Of a stretch of DNA of 64,000 nt, positions 19,401 through 29,309 are shown piece by piece. Both the position numbers and the translations under genes were made by a program. Numbering within the stretch: the stretch's first letter is position 1; the number at the start of each line of letters is the position of its first letter. This DNA is from an uncultured Planctomycetota bacterium (GTDB lineage Bacteria; Planctomycetota; Planctomycetia; Isosphaerales; Isosphaeraceae), in NCBI GenBank assembly GCA_963823665.1, contig CAWGMQ010000003.1:1792001-1856000 (forward strand), in the 5' to 3' direction. Under the pieces are notes generated by a model. It made no database searches, was not told where the DNA came from, and saw nothing but the letters and a program-made list of their open reading frames with translations.

Positions 19401-21429
19401 CGGTCATCGAGCAGCTAACCGTGTACCGGCGGTGGGCCGACCGTCGGCTCCTGCGGATGCTCCGCGATTCGGACGAGTCGAGCCGCGACCGCCTGCACGC
19501 CAGCCTCGCCCTGCTGCCGGTCGATCCCTCTCAGGCCGATTACCTTGGGAAGCGGCTGCTCGGTATCGCACCGGCCGAGCTGCCGGTGCTACGCGAGGCC
19601 CTGGCGCCGTATCGAAACCGCCTGACCCCGACGCTCTGGGCCGAGCTGAAAAAGGCCAGGCCGGACGATCCGGCGCTTCTGGCCTCCGCGGCAGCCCTGG
19701 CGCTCTATGACCCCGACGCCCCCCGCTGGTCCGAGCTTGGCGCCAAAGTCGCCGAGGCGCTCGTCCAGGTCAATCCCATCTTGCTCGGTCACTGGCTCGA
19801 TGCGCTGCGCCCCGTGCGGGTCCGGCTCGCCGGGCCGCTCGAGCGGATCTTTCTCAGCGGAGGCGCCGGGGCCAAGCACGAGCTGGCCACCAGCATCCTC
19901 GCCGATTACGCGGCCGACGACCCGGACCGTCTCGCGGGCCTGCTCGTGGCCGCCGACCCGAAGGCATACGTCGTGCTCTTCCCGGTTGCCGAGCGCCGCG
20001 CCGCGCAGGTGCTCCCCCACTTCAAGGCCGAGCTGGAGAAGAGGGCGAAGTCCCAGGGGCCGGCTTTGACCGAGCCGGCCAAGGATGAGCTGGCCGAGCG
20101 GCAGGCGCGCGCAGCCGTGTCCCTGGTCCGGCTTGGTCATTCCCGCGATGTCTGGCCGCTCTTGCGTTACAGCGCCGATCCCCAGCTTCGCAGCTACATC
20201 GTCAACTGGCTGAATCCCTTGGGTGCCGATCCGAAGCAGATCCTCGCCGAGCTTGACCGTCTCGCCAGCGTGGGGCGCAGCGCAGCCACGAGCGTGGAGC
20301 GCGGGGCTCCGGTCCCCGACCGGAAAGTAATCACCAATGCAATGGCGGAAATCCTTTTCCAGCCCGAGACCTCGATACGGCGGGCGCTCATCCTTGCCCT
20401 GGTGCTTACGGGACCGAAGCCCTTTCTCCCGGCGAGCGCGAGGCCATGGTCGCCCGGCTCCTCGAGCTATTTGAGCACGACCCGGATGCCGGTATTCATG
20501 GCGCATCGGCCTGGGCTCTGCGGAAGTGGAATCAACACCGGAAGCTCAGAGCGCTCACCGCGAGCTTGAGCGGCAAGGATCGCGGCGACCGCCACTGGTA
20601 CGTCAATAGCCAGGGACAGTCGCTCGCCATCGTCGACGGTCCGCTGGAGTTCCGCATGGGCTCACCGCCCGATGAGCCGGCACGGCACGATACCGAGCCT
20701 GCCCACCAGCAAGTCGTCCCACGCCGTTTCGCGGTCGCCGACACGGAGGTGACCGTCGAGCAATACCAGGTATTCGTAAAGGAGAGCCCCGGAGTCGAAC
20801 ACGTCAGGAACGACGATCGCAGCCCCGATGCGAAAGGCCCCATCAATGGACTGAACTGGTTTCATGCCGCGGCCTATTGCAACTGGCTTAGCCGCAAGGA
20901 GCACCTGCCGGAGTGCTACGAGCCGAACGAGCAGGGGCACTATGCCCTTGGGATGCGCACGAAGGCCGATGCCTTGAAATCGGGGGGATACCGCTTACCT
21001 ACCGAAGCGGAATGGGAGTATGCCGCGCGCGCCGGGGCTACGACCAGCCGGCACTTTGGTTCCACCGACCGCCTTCTCGGGCAATATGCCTGGTACCTGG
21101 GAAACAGCAAGAACCAAGCTTGGCCCGTCGGAGCCTTGCTGCCGAACGACCTGGGGCTGTTTGACATGCTGGGGAACATGTACGAATGGTGTGAGGATCC
21201 GCAGGATAGTTTGACTGGGTCCATTCCATCTACATATGACCATCAATACAAAATAACTCTTTGCCTTCGGGGCGGTTCGTTCTACGATGTAGCGGGGTTC
21301 CTCCGCTCGGCGGGTTACCGACGCGGGCCCCTCGCACCTGAGGACATCCGGTACCGCGACTTCGGGTTCCGCCCCGCCAGGACTTACCACTCAGCGCCAC
21401 TGGACTTACGACCGCACCTGGCTCTATGA
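16416..21429 (+). CDS. Ser/Thr kinase - nSTAND-type NTPase - helical region - FGE-sulfatase (C-type lectin fold) protein; three frameshifts
   Basis: GHGGFGTVY, VAVK, HRDIKPAN, DFG, YMSPE; PKGLRSFDEHDADFF and GPSGCGKSS, then VLDQFE; RLPTEAEWEYAAR, NDLGLFDMLGNMYEW, RGGSF, GFR. Single-base indels near 18162, 19153 and 20401. Confidence 0.88.
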
Positions 21430-21458
21430 CGAGCTGAGAGACCGGGGCGATTCCGCGA
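21393..21458 (+). repeat. 66-nt direct repeat, copy 2 (orphan ECF 3'-end remnant)
   Basis: Encodes RHWTYDRTWLYDELRDRGDSA versus RHWTYARTWLYAELKDRGDSA in the intact ECF. Confidence 0.85.
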
Positions 21459-21482
21459 TTTCCGGAAAGATTTTTTGAAGGC

Positions 21483-21512
21483 GTGAGGGGTTTGGCGCCG
21501 GTTCGTCGCATT
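21483..21512 (+). promoter_or_regulatory. Putative ECF promoter motif A
   Basis: GTGAGGGG-16 nt-CGCATT upstream of the beta-helix gene. Confidence 0.65.
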
Positions 21513-21674
21513 ACCTGAAGCGAGCGAACAAACGAGCCCGCAACAATCGTCACCGTTTGACCCCTGGAGACACATCAGGCCGCTGAAGGCAAGGGTTTCC
21601 CGCATTGTCAAGCGTCGCCGGGCTTCATCCCGGCCGCGGAAGTGATCGTTCTGCGCGCCGGGGACCTCAGATTT

Positions 21675-21734
21675 GTAGGGTGGGCGCAACCCACCGGCAT
21701 ATTCAAGAACGATGGTGGGTTGCACCCACCCTAC
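21675..21734. repeat. GTAG-type REP doublet (REPIN-like)
   Basis: GTAGGGTGGGCGCAACCCACC (21675-21695) and inverted GGTGGGTTGCACCCACCCTAC (21714-21734), one mismatch; intergenic. Confidence 0.8.
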
Positions 21735-21848
21735 GAGCCTCGCGGAGCTGCGATCGCCGGCCGTGAACGGGCGGGCGCCGCAGGTAGCGCTCGCGTCAGC
21801 CTGAAAAGGTCCACAGGGTTTTGCCATCACCAGAGGAGCAACAGCAAG

Positions 21849-23816
21849 ATGACTCGCAATTCAACCAGCGTCGAGCAAACGAGCGGGAGTCGCACGGTCG
21901 CAAGCCGGCAACGACGCCGGTGGCGGATGCAGCCGGCACTGCTGCCGCTCGAGGACCGCAAGCTGCTCTCCACGATCGTCGTCAACAACCCCACCGACAC
22001 GCCAGTCGCTGGCCAGATCGACCTGCGGCAAGCGATCGTCCAGGCGAATACGACCGGCGGCAACCAGACGATCACCTTTGACAAGACGGTGTTCAAGACG
22101 CCGCAGACGATCAACCTCACGGGCGGCCAGCTCGAGCTCTCCGACACGACCGGGACGGAGACGATCACCGGCCCGAATGCGGGCGTGACGGTGAGCGCCG
22201 GCGGGAACAGCCGGGTGTTCGAGGTCGACGCGAACGTCACGGCGTCGATGTCGGGAATGACGATCACCGGGGGCAGCGCGACGGGTTCGGGAACGAGCGC
22301 CTATGGCGGCGGGCTGCTCAACTTTGGCACGACCACGCTGAAAAACTGCACGGTCAGCGGCAACTCGGCCGGCTACGGTGGGGGTGGCATCTCGAGCGGC
22401 ACCTACTTGGACGAGACGACGGGCACGATCGCGCTGACCAACTGCCTGGTCAGCGGAAACACCGCCGGCACGTACGCCGGCGGGGGCCTGGCCAATTACT
22501 CCGGCACGACCAATCTGACCAACTGTATCGTCAGCGGCAACACGGCCCCCGCCGGTGGCGGCTTATACAGCTTAGGTGGTACGAACACACTGACCAACTG
22601 CACCGTCATCAACAACACCGCTGACAAAAAGGTGGGCGGAGGCCTGATAGTCATTAGCTGCACGACCACTCTGACCAACTGCAACGTCAGCGGAAATACT
22701 GCCGTCATGGCCGGAGGTGGCGTGGCCAGCGCGGCTCGCGACGGCGGAACGGCAGTGACGACGTTGATCAATTGCACCGTCAGCGGCAACTCCGCGGGCG
22801 GCTACGGCGGCGGTGGCGTGGCAACTTATGACTACGCCACGACCAAGCTGACCAACTGCACTGTCAGCAGCAATTCCTCCTCCACGAACGGCGGCGGCAT
22901 CTGGAACGCCTACCTCGGCACGCTCGATCTCAGCCAATGCACCGTAAGCGGCAACTCCGCCGCGAGCGGCGGCGGGATCTTCAACAACGTGTCCACGCTG
23001 CACGGCGAGGGGGGCACGGTGGATGTCAGCTCCAGCAGCATCATCAACAACAAGGCGACGACCGCGGGGGGCGGCGTCAGCACGATCGGTGGCACCGTGA
23101 CGATCGCTGATTCGGTCGTGAGCGGCAACACCGCCGCGGGCGGCGGTGGCATTTCCAACGAGGCCACGTTGATCGTCACTTCCAGCATTCTCAACAGCAA
23201 CAAGGCCATCGGTAGCGCCGGTGGCGCTGGGATCGGTGGCGGCATCTTGAGCAACGGCGGGAGTCTCGCGCTCGGCGGCAGCACGCTTTCCGCTAACACG
23301 GCAATGGGCGGTGCCGGGACAAGCGGAGTCGGTGGTGGCGCTGGCATCGGCGGCGGTGTCGCTCTCGAGAATGACGCGACGGCGACCATCACCAGCACCA
23401 TCATCCTGCGCAACCTGGCCCAGGGCGGAGCCATCGGTACAGGGACGGGCGCCGGCGACGGCATCGGCGGCGGCATCGCCGTGGGCGTCAGCGGTGCGTC
23501 GGACGCGTCGTCCCTGACCCTCAGCAACAGCTTGCTGACCGGCAACCTGGCCCAGGGCGGCCGCGGCGGCTCGGGACCTGGCGCCGGCAACGGCGAAGGC
23601 GGCGGCGCCTTCGTCGGCGCGAGCGGCTCGGCGAGTTTTGACGAGACGAATATCTTCGCGAACTCGGCTGTCGGCATGGGCTTCGGCGGCACCGGCATCG
23701 GCGGCGGCCTCTATGTCGCCACTGGCGGCGTGGTCACGCTCAAGAAAACGAGCTATGCGCTCAACTTCGCCTCCACCAGCAACAACGACATCTTTGGCAC
23801 GGTGACTTACCTCTGA
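21849..23816 (+). CDS. Exported right-handed beta-helix repeat protein with LEDRKLL leader motif
   Basis: RRRWRMQPALLPLEDRKLL; many (T)LTNCTVSGNxA...GGG repeats; Gly-rich C-terminus; GAGGAG RBS. Confidence 0.85.
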   Translation: MTRNSTSVEQTSGSRTVASRQRRRWRMQPALLPLEDRKLLSTIVVNNPTDTPVAGQIDLRQAIVQANTTGGNQTITFDKTVFKTPQTINLTGGQLELSDTTGTETITGPNAGVTVSAGGNSRVFEVDANVTASMSGMTITGGSATGSGTSAYGGGLLNFGTTTLKNCTVSGNSAGYGGGGISSGTYLDETTGTIALTNCLVSGNTAGTYAGGGLANYSGTTNLTNCIVSGNTAPAGGGLYSLGGTNTLTNCTVINNTADKKVGGGLIVISCTTTLTNCNVSGNTAVMAGGGVASAARDGGTAVTTLINCTVSGNSAGGYGGGGVATYDYATTKLTNCTVSSNSSSTNGGGIWNAYLGTLDLSQCTVSGNSAASGGGIFNNVSTLHGEGGTVDVSSSSIINNKATTAGGGVSTIGGTVTIADSVVSGNTAAGGGGISNEATLIVTSSILNSNKAIGSAGGAGIGGGILSNGGSLALGGSTLSANTAMGGAGTSGVGGGAGIGGGVALENDATATITSTIILRNLAQGGAIGTGTGAGDGIGGGIAVGVSGASDASSLTLSNSLLTGNLAQGGRGGSGPGAGNGEGGGAFVGASGSASFDETNIFANSAVGMGFGGTGIGGGLYVATGGVVTLKKTSYALNFASTSNNDIFGTVTYL

Positions 23817-24032
23817 GACAAGTATGGCTTCAGCGCACGCAGACCGAGGATGGGTAGTCGTGGCCCGGTGTCGTCCGGGTAGATGGCGATGCCTTCGGGG
23901 TGAGAGAAGCAGGGCAAACGGTCGAGGATTCTCACGCTTCCGTAAGGTCGTCTTCTAGGTGCTGGTGGCCGAGCGGCTCGACTTCCTCGGGCTCCCGGAA
24001 CGGTCGACAGCGTGACACAATTCGTTTCGCTC

Positions 24033-24062
24033 GTGAGGGGTTCCGAGGGCATTCGTCGCATT
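24033..24062 (+). promoter_or_regulatory. Putative ECF promoter motif A
   Basis: GTGAGGGG-16 nt-CGCATT upstream of the GTG at 24100. Confidence 0.65.
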
Positions 24063-24099
24063 AACGTTAGGGCCCTCTTAGAGGGATCGGAGCGATTTC

Positions 24100-24967
24100 G
24101 TGAGCAATCCAGCGCAGATCGAATCGATCTTTTTCGCTGCGCTGGAGAAGAAATCCGCCGCGGAACGGGCGGAGTATCTGGACCAAGCCTGCGGCGGCGA
24201 CACCGCGCTGAGCGAACGCGTGGAACGGCTGCTGGAATCCCATCCGCAGGTGAAGGATTTCCTGTCCCGGCCAGCCGTCGATCGGCGCGAGTTCGACTCG
24301 CGGATCGCAGCGGAGGACTCGAGCGGCCTGGAAGCATCGGCACGCGATTCCGGGGCAGGCGCCGAGATGATCAAAACGCTCGCCGACGAGCGCGGCGACC
24401 TGGTGGCGAGCGCCTTGAGGTTCCTGGAGCCAACGGACAAGCCCGGCTCGCTGGGACGGCTGGGGCACTATGAGGTGCTAGAGGTCCTGGGGAACGGTGG
24501 CTTCGGCACCGTGGTCAAGGCGTTCGACGGGAAAGGGAATGCCTCTGACAAGCTTTGCGACCTATTCATCGCTGGTAGACGACCTGTCGCCGCTCCAGGG
24601 GAATGAAGCTGAAGCATCTCGTCTGTGCCAACGTTGGGAGAGTGTCCAACATCTCGGTACTCTCCGGAATGCCGCCGGAAACTCTGGAGCTGAGCGGAAC
24701 GAAAGTGCACGACCTGACGCCCCTCGCCGAGATGAAGCTGAAGAAATTGAACCTGAGCAACACGAAAGTCGAAGATCTGTCGGTCCTCGCGAGCATGAAG
24801 GTAGATGAACTGGATCTTTCACCCCCAGGAACATAACCAAGCAGGGCCTGGAAATCCTCCGTAACATGAAGAGTCTGAAAACCATCGGCAACGACGTTCA
24901 CTACGAGTTAGCCTGGCCGCCGGCGGAATTCTGGGCTCGCTACGAGAAGGGCGAGTTCAAGAAATAA
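24100..24967 (+). pseudogene. Internally deleted kinase-LRR gene (paralog of 25039..27864)
   Basis: ESIFFAALEKK N-terminus and GNGGFGTVVKAFD join directly near 24532 to LRR sequence matching 27037 onward; ends AWPPAEFWARYEKGEFKK* as in the downstream gene. Confidence 0.88.
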
Positions 24968-24977
24968 CTGAATCCGC

Positions 24978-25007
24978 GTGAGGGGTTCCGGGCCGTTTCG
25001 GCGCATT
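24978..25007 (+). promoter_or_regulatory. Putative ECF promoter motif A
   Basis: GTGAGGGG-16 nt-CGCATT upstream of the ATG at 25039. Confidence 0.65.
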
Positions 25008-25038
25008 GCAGGTAGGGGATGTTTGTCGGAGTCAGACC

Positions 25039-27864
25039 ATGAGCAGGTCGTCGCAAGTCGAATCCATCTTTTTCGCCGCGCTGGAAAAAAGAGCGCGGAA
25101 GAACGGGTGGCGTTCGTGAAATCGGCTTGCGAGGGCGATGCCTTGCTCCGCCGCCAGGTCCAGAGGTTGTTGAACGTCCATCCCAAGCTGGGTGATTTCC
25201 TCATGAAACCTGCCTCGGAGCAGTTGACCGAGGCGGCTACCTGGCCGGATGTTAACGACGAGCCAGGACCGCTCTATGGTCGAGCAAGCGCTGGGATGTC
25301 CACGCGAGAAAACCCCACCCTCGCGCTGAATGAAAATGACGAATCGAGCGAAGACGAGGATGGCGGGCTCGATTTCCTGGAGCCTTCGACCAGGCCGGAC
25401 TCCATCGGCCGGATCGGACATTACGAGGTTCTCGAAGTGCTCGGCAAGGGCGGGTTCGGCATCGTGTTCCGCGCGTTCGACGAAACGCTGCACCGCGTGG
25501 TCGCGATCAAGGTGCTGGCCGCGCAGATCGCCGCCACTTCCCCCGCCCGCAAGCGGTTTCTGCGCGAGGCCCGGTCGTCGGCCAAGGTCCGGCACGAGAA
25601 CGTCGTCCAGGTGTATGCGGTCGAGGAGCAACCGCTGCCCTACCTGGTGATGGAGTTCATCCCCGGCGAAACCCTCCAGCAACGGCTCGATCGGACGGGC
25701 CCTCTGGAGACGGTGGATGTGGTGCAGATCGGCCGGCAGATCGCCCTGGGCCTGGCCGCCGCCCACAACATGGGGCTGATTCACCGGGACATCAAGCCGG
25801 GAAACATCCTGATCGAGGCCGGGCCGAGCCAGCGACGTCAAGATCACCGACTTCGGACTGGCCCGGACGGTCGACGACGCCAGCATGACCCAATCCGGGT
25901 TCGTCGCCGGGACGCCGATGTTCATGGCCCCGGAACAGGCGCATGGCGACACGCTCGACCATCGGGCCGACCTGTTCAGCCTCGGCAGCGTGCTCTACAC
26001 GATGTGTTCTGGCCGGCCGCCGTTCCGGGCCAATGGCACGCTCGCAGTCCTCAAACGGGTGGCCGAGGATACGCCGCGGCCGATCCCGGAGATCATCCCC
26101 GAGGTGCCGCAGTGGCTCTGCGACATCATCACCCGGCTGCACGCCAAGAAGCCGGAAGACCGGATCGCCACGGCCAAAGAAGTGGCAGACCTGCTGGGAT
26201 ATGGCCTGGCGGTGACGGCAAGGTTCGAGGAGCGACTCGTCGTTCCCGGATGTCGCGCCGCCGGCGGTGGAGAAAAAGCCGCTGCCGCTTGAAGAACTTT
26301 CAGAAGCCGCGGCCTGGCGAGGCGATGGCCACGTTTCCGCACCAGCCGGTCTGGGCCGCCGCCGCGGCCGTCCTCGTGATGCTTTTCGGCGGCCTCGGTT
26401 TCACGGAAGCGACGCGGCGTCACCGATGTGCACGGCACAGTCATTCGCCTGTTCTCGCCGGAGGGCACGCTGGTCGTCGAAGTCGATGACCCCGGCGTCA
26501 GCGTCAAGATCGACGGGTCGGATATCGTCATCACGGGAGCGGGGGCGAAGGAAATCCGCTTGAAGCCCGGCAGCTACACGGTCGAGGCCCGCAAGGACGG
26601 CAAGCTCGTGCGCCGCGAGCTGGTCACCGTCACGCGAAACGGCCGGCAGGTCGTGCGGGTCAGCCAGGAGCCGCCGGCGCATGCCGCGAAGGTTGCCACG
26701 CGGTCAGCCGACGCGTCTGCGTGGGAAAGTGTCGTGGCCGTCCTGTCGGCAGCCGAGCAGGTGAAGGCTGTGGGAGCGCGTTTGAAGGAACTCAATCCCG
26801 ATTTTGACGGGGCCATTGTGCCCACCATCGAGTACGACGTCCTGCGGGGACTACAGTTCAACGCGGACGACGTGAGCGATATCTCGCCGGTGCGCGCGCT
26901 GACCAAGTTGAGGTCTCTCAATTGTTCGGGCAAAGGCGACCGCATCAGTCCGCTGATTGACCTCTCGCCCCTTTCCGGGTTGCCTCTGACAAGCTTGACG
27001 GTCGGCAAGGGCCAACTGGTCGACCTCTCACCGCTCAAGGGGATGCCCCTGATCCGTTTCGCGACCTATGCCACGCTGGTGGACGACCTGTCGCCGCTTG
27101 AGGGAATGAAGCTGAGGCATCTCGTCTGTGCCAACGCCGGCAGGGTGTCTGACCTTTCACCGCTCAAGAGAATGCCGCTGGAAACTCTGGACCTGAGCGG
27201 AACGAAAGTCGACGACCTGACACCCCTCACGGGCATGAAGCTGGAAAAACTGTATCTGAGCGGAACGAAAGTTGAGGAGTTGAGGGCCCTGGCCGGCATA
27301 AAGTTGGAGACGTTAGATATCTCCGGCACGAAGATCGCCAATCTCTCGCAATTGAAGGGAATGAAACTAACCACGCTCAATGTGGCTGGCACGGCGGTAT
27401 CCGACCTGTCGCCGCTCAAGGGCATGAAGCTGACATGGCTACAATGTGCCGGTACGAACGTGTCTGACCTCTCACCGCTCTCAGGGATGCCGCTGAAGGA
27501 GCTCAACTGTAGCGATTCGAAGGTGAGCGACGCGAGCCTGGCTCACTTCGCTGGGTGCAAGGACCTGATCAAGCTTTTGCTGAATGGCACGCGAGTGAGC
27601 GACGCGGGGCTAACTCACCTCAAGGACTGCAAGAAACTGAGCGTGCTCTCTCTGGTCGACACCAAGGTCTCCGGCCTGGGGCCTCTCCAGGGCATGATGC
27701 TCGACGTGATCCGCGTGACGCCGAAGAACTTGAGCGCTCGGGGCCTGGAAATCCTCCGCAACATGAAGAGCCTGAAAACGATCGGTAGCGACATTCACTA
27801 CCATGTAGCCTGGCCGCCGGCGGAGTTCTGGGCTCGCTACGAGAAGGGGGAGTTCAAGAAGTAG
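25039..27864 (+). CDS. Membrane Ser/Thr kinase with C-terminal leucine-rich repeats; several frameshifts
   Basis: MSRSSQVESIFFAALEK, then an A6-run frameshift near 25085; GKGGFGIVF, HRDIKPGN, KITDFGLAR, FMAPE; TM WAAAAAVLVMLFGGLGF; repeats of DLSPLKGMxLxxL. Confidence 0.87.
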
Positions 27865-28034
27865 AATTGTCCAAAAACGATTGCATCGAACGGCAGTCGG
27901 AGATAGGCTTGCGACAAAGAAAGTGGTCGCTCACGCGCGGCGGCGTTGGGCGTCTGTTTTCCATTACGCGTTCGTCGCGTTAGCCGTTGCTTCGCTCGCT
28001 GGTGCGCTCGAGTTCCTGACAGGTTCGACCGGGC

Positions 28035-29309
28035 ATGTATTTCCCGTTCAACTGCCTTGGCTGCGGTCACGAAAACCACGCCGGATGGTCGCAGATCGGC
28101 GAGCGACTTTCCTGCCGTGTGTGCGGAAGGGCGGCGATCGTTCCGGCGCCGATGGAACCGGTCGAAGGGGGAACCCGGTGGGAGTTCGTGGTGCGGTTCG
28201 CATGCCTGATCTGTGGACGCAGCTTCGCCGCGAAGCCGGAACTTGTCGGCCAGAAGATCCGGTGCAGTGGTTGCGGGGCGGGCGTGAGGGTGCCGGCGGG
28301 CAATTCGTTCCCCGTCGAACACGAGACGCGAATTGTGCTTCAGGCGCTGTCCGGCAGAAACCGCGCGCTCGCTCCGCCGACCGAGCCTACGCGCGGGGAG
28401 AGGCCGCCGGCGGATCGTTCAATCCCGGCCGCAAATCCCTGGTGGCGCGACCCAAATGACGGCACTTCCGACAGCGATCGCTCGAATGCTCCGACGACCG
28501 GGCCGAGGAGCGATGTGAGACCGCCGGCGGGTCATTCAAGCCCGGTCGCGAATCCCTGGCCCGTTCCGCCTGACGACGATTCGGGCGATACCCCCTGGAT
28601 CGCTCCGTCGACCACTGACGCAGTCCCGGCCGCTGAGGCCAGGTCCGAGATTGACCCGTGGCGGTCACAGGACCAGCTTGAGGCGATCGCGGACTTCACG
28701 CGCTCAGAGCATGCCGCCGTGGTCCTCCCATCGCGCGGCGAGATGGTGGAGCCGGCCTTGCAGGAGGTGGCCAAGCAAGAGGCCGCGGAAGTAGCGCAAG
28801 TCGCCGAGAAGGCGAAAAAGGCGAAGAAAAAGCGAAGGAAGAAATCGGGCCTCTCTGACCTGAAAGAGACGTTGACCATGCTCGGGGGAGTGGGCGTCGT
28901 CGTCGCGGTGCTGGGATTCGTGGCCTGGCGTTTTCCGGAGTCTCGATTTCCCCTCGCCGGTCTACTGGTCGTGATCGGCGCCGTTCTCTACCTGCTCGGT
29001 GCAATGTCGCTCAGCCGCGTGGCAGAACATGAAAGCTTTCTCAAGTCGATGGCGTTCCGATTCTTCCCACCATACCAGTGGTGGTACGTGGTGATGCACT
29101 GGGAAGACACGCGGGATTTCATGGCGTTCATCGTGTCAGGAGTGATTATCTTGGGAATCGGTCTTGGCGTGTACAGAACGTCCAACACCTTCCTGGAAGC
29201 GGAGAAGGCGAACCGTGATTATCAAATCGCGGTCGATGAGGCAGTGCACGGCAAGCTGGCCAAACCCCTGGCGCCATTGACGGACAAAACGGCCGCGCCC
29301 AAGAACTAA
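28035..29309 (+). CDS. Membrane protein with N-terminal double zinc ribbon
   Basis: Four CxxC motifs (CLGC, CRVC, CLIC, CSGC), Pro-rich linker, basic KKAKKKRRKK patch, then 3-4 TM segments. Confidence 0.75.
   Translation: MYFPFNCLGCGHENHAGWSQIGERLSCRVCGRAAIVPAPMEPVEGGTRWEFVVRFACLICGRSFAAKPELVGQKIRCSGCGAGVRVPAGNSFPVEHETRIVLQALSGRNRALAPPTEPTRGERPPADRSIPAANPWWRDPNDGTSDSDRSNAPTTGPRSDVRPPAGHSSPVANPWPVPPDDDSGDTPWIAPSTTDAVPAAEARSEIDPWRSQDQLEAIADFTRSEHAAVVLPSRGEMVEPALQEVAKQEAAEVAQVAEKAKKAKKKRRKKSGLSDLKETLTMLGGVGVVVAVLGFVAWRFPESRFPLAGLLVVIGAVLYLLGAMSLSRVAEHESFLKSMAFRFFPPYQWWYVVMHWEDTRDFMAFIVSGVIILGIGLGVYRTSNTFLEAEKANRDYQIAVDEAVHGKLAKPLAPLTDKTAAPKN

Noticed and set aside
21260..21480. A complete DGR locus within the window
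   Set aside because: No reverse transcriptase or template repeat was seen; the nearby repeat is an ECF remnant, not a TR/VR pair.
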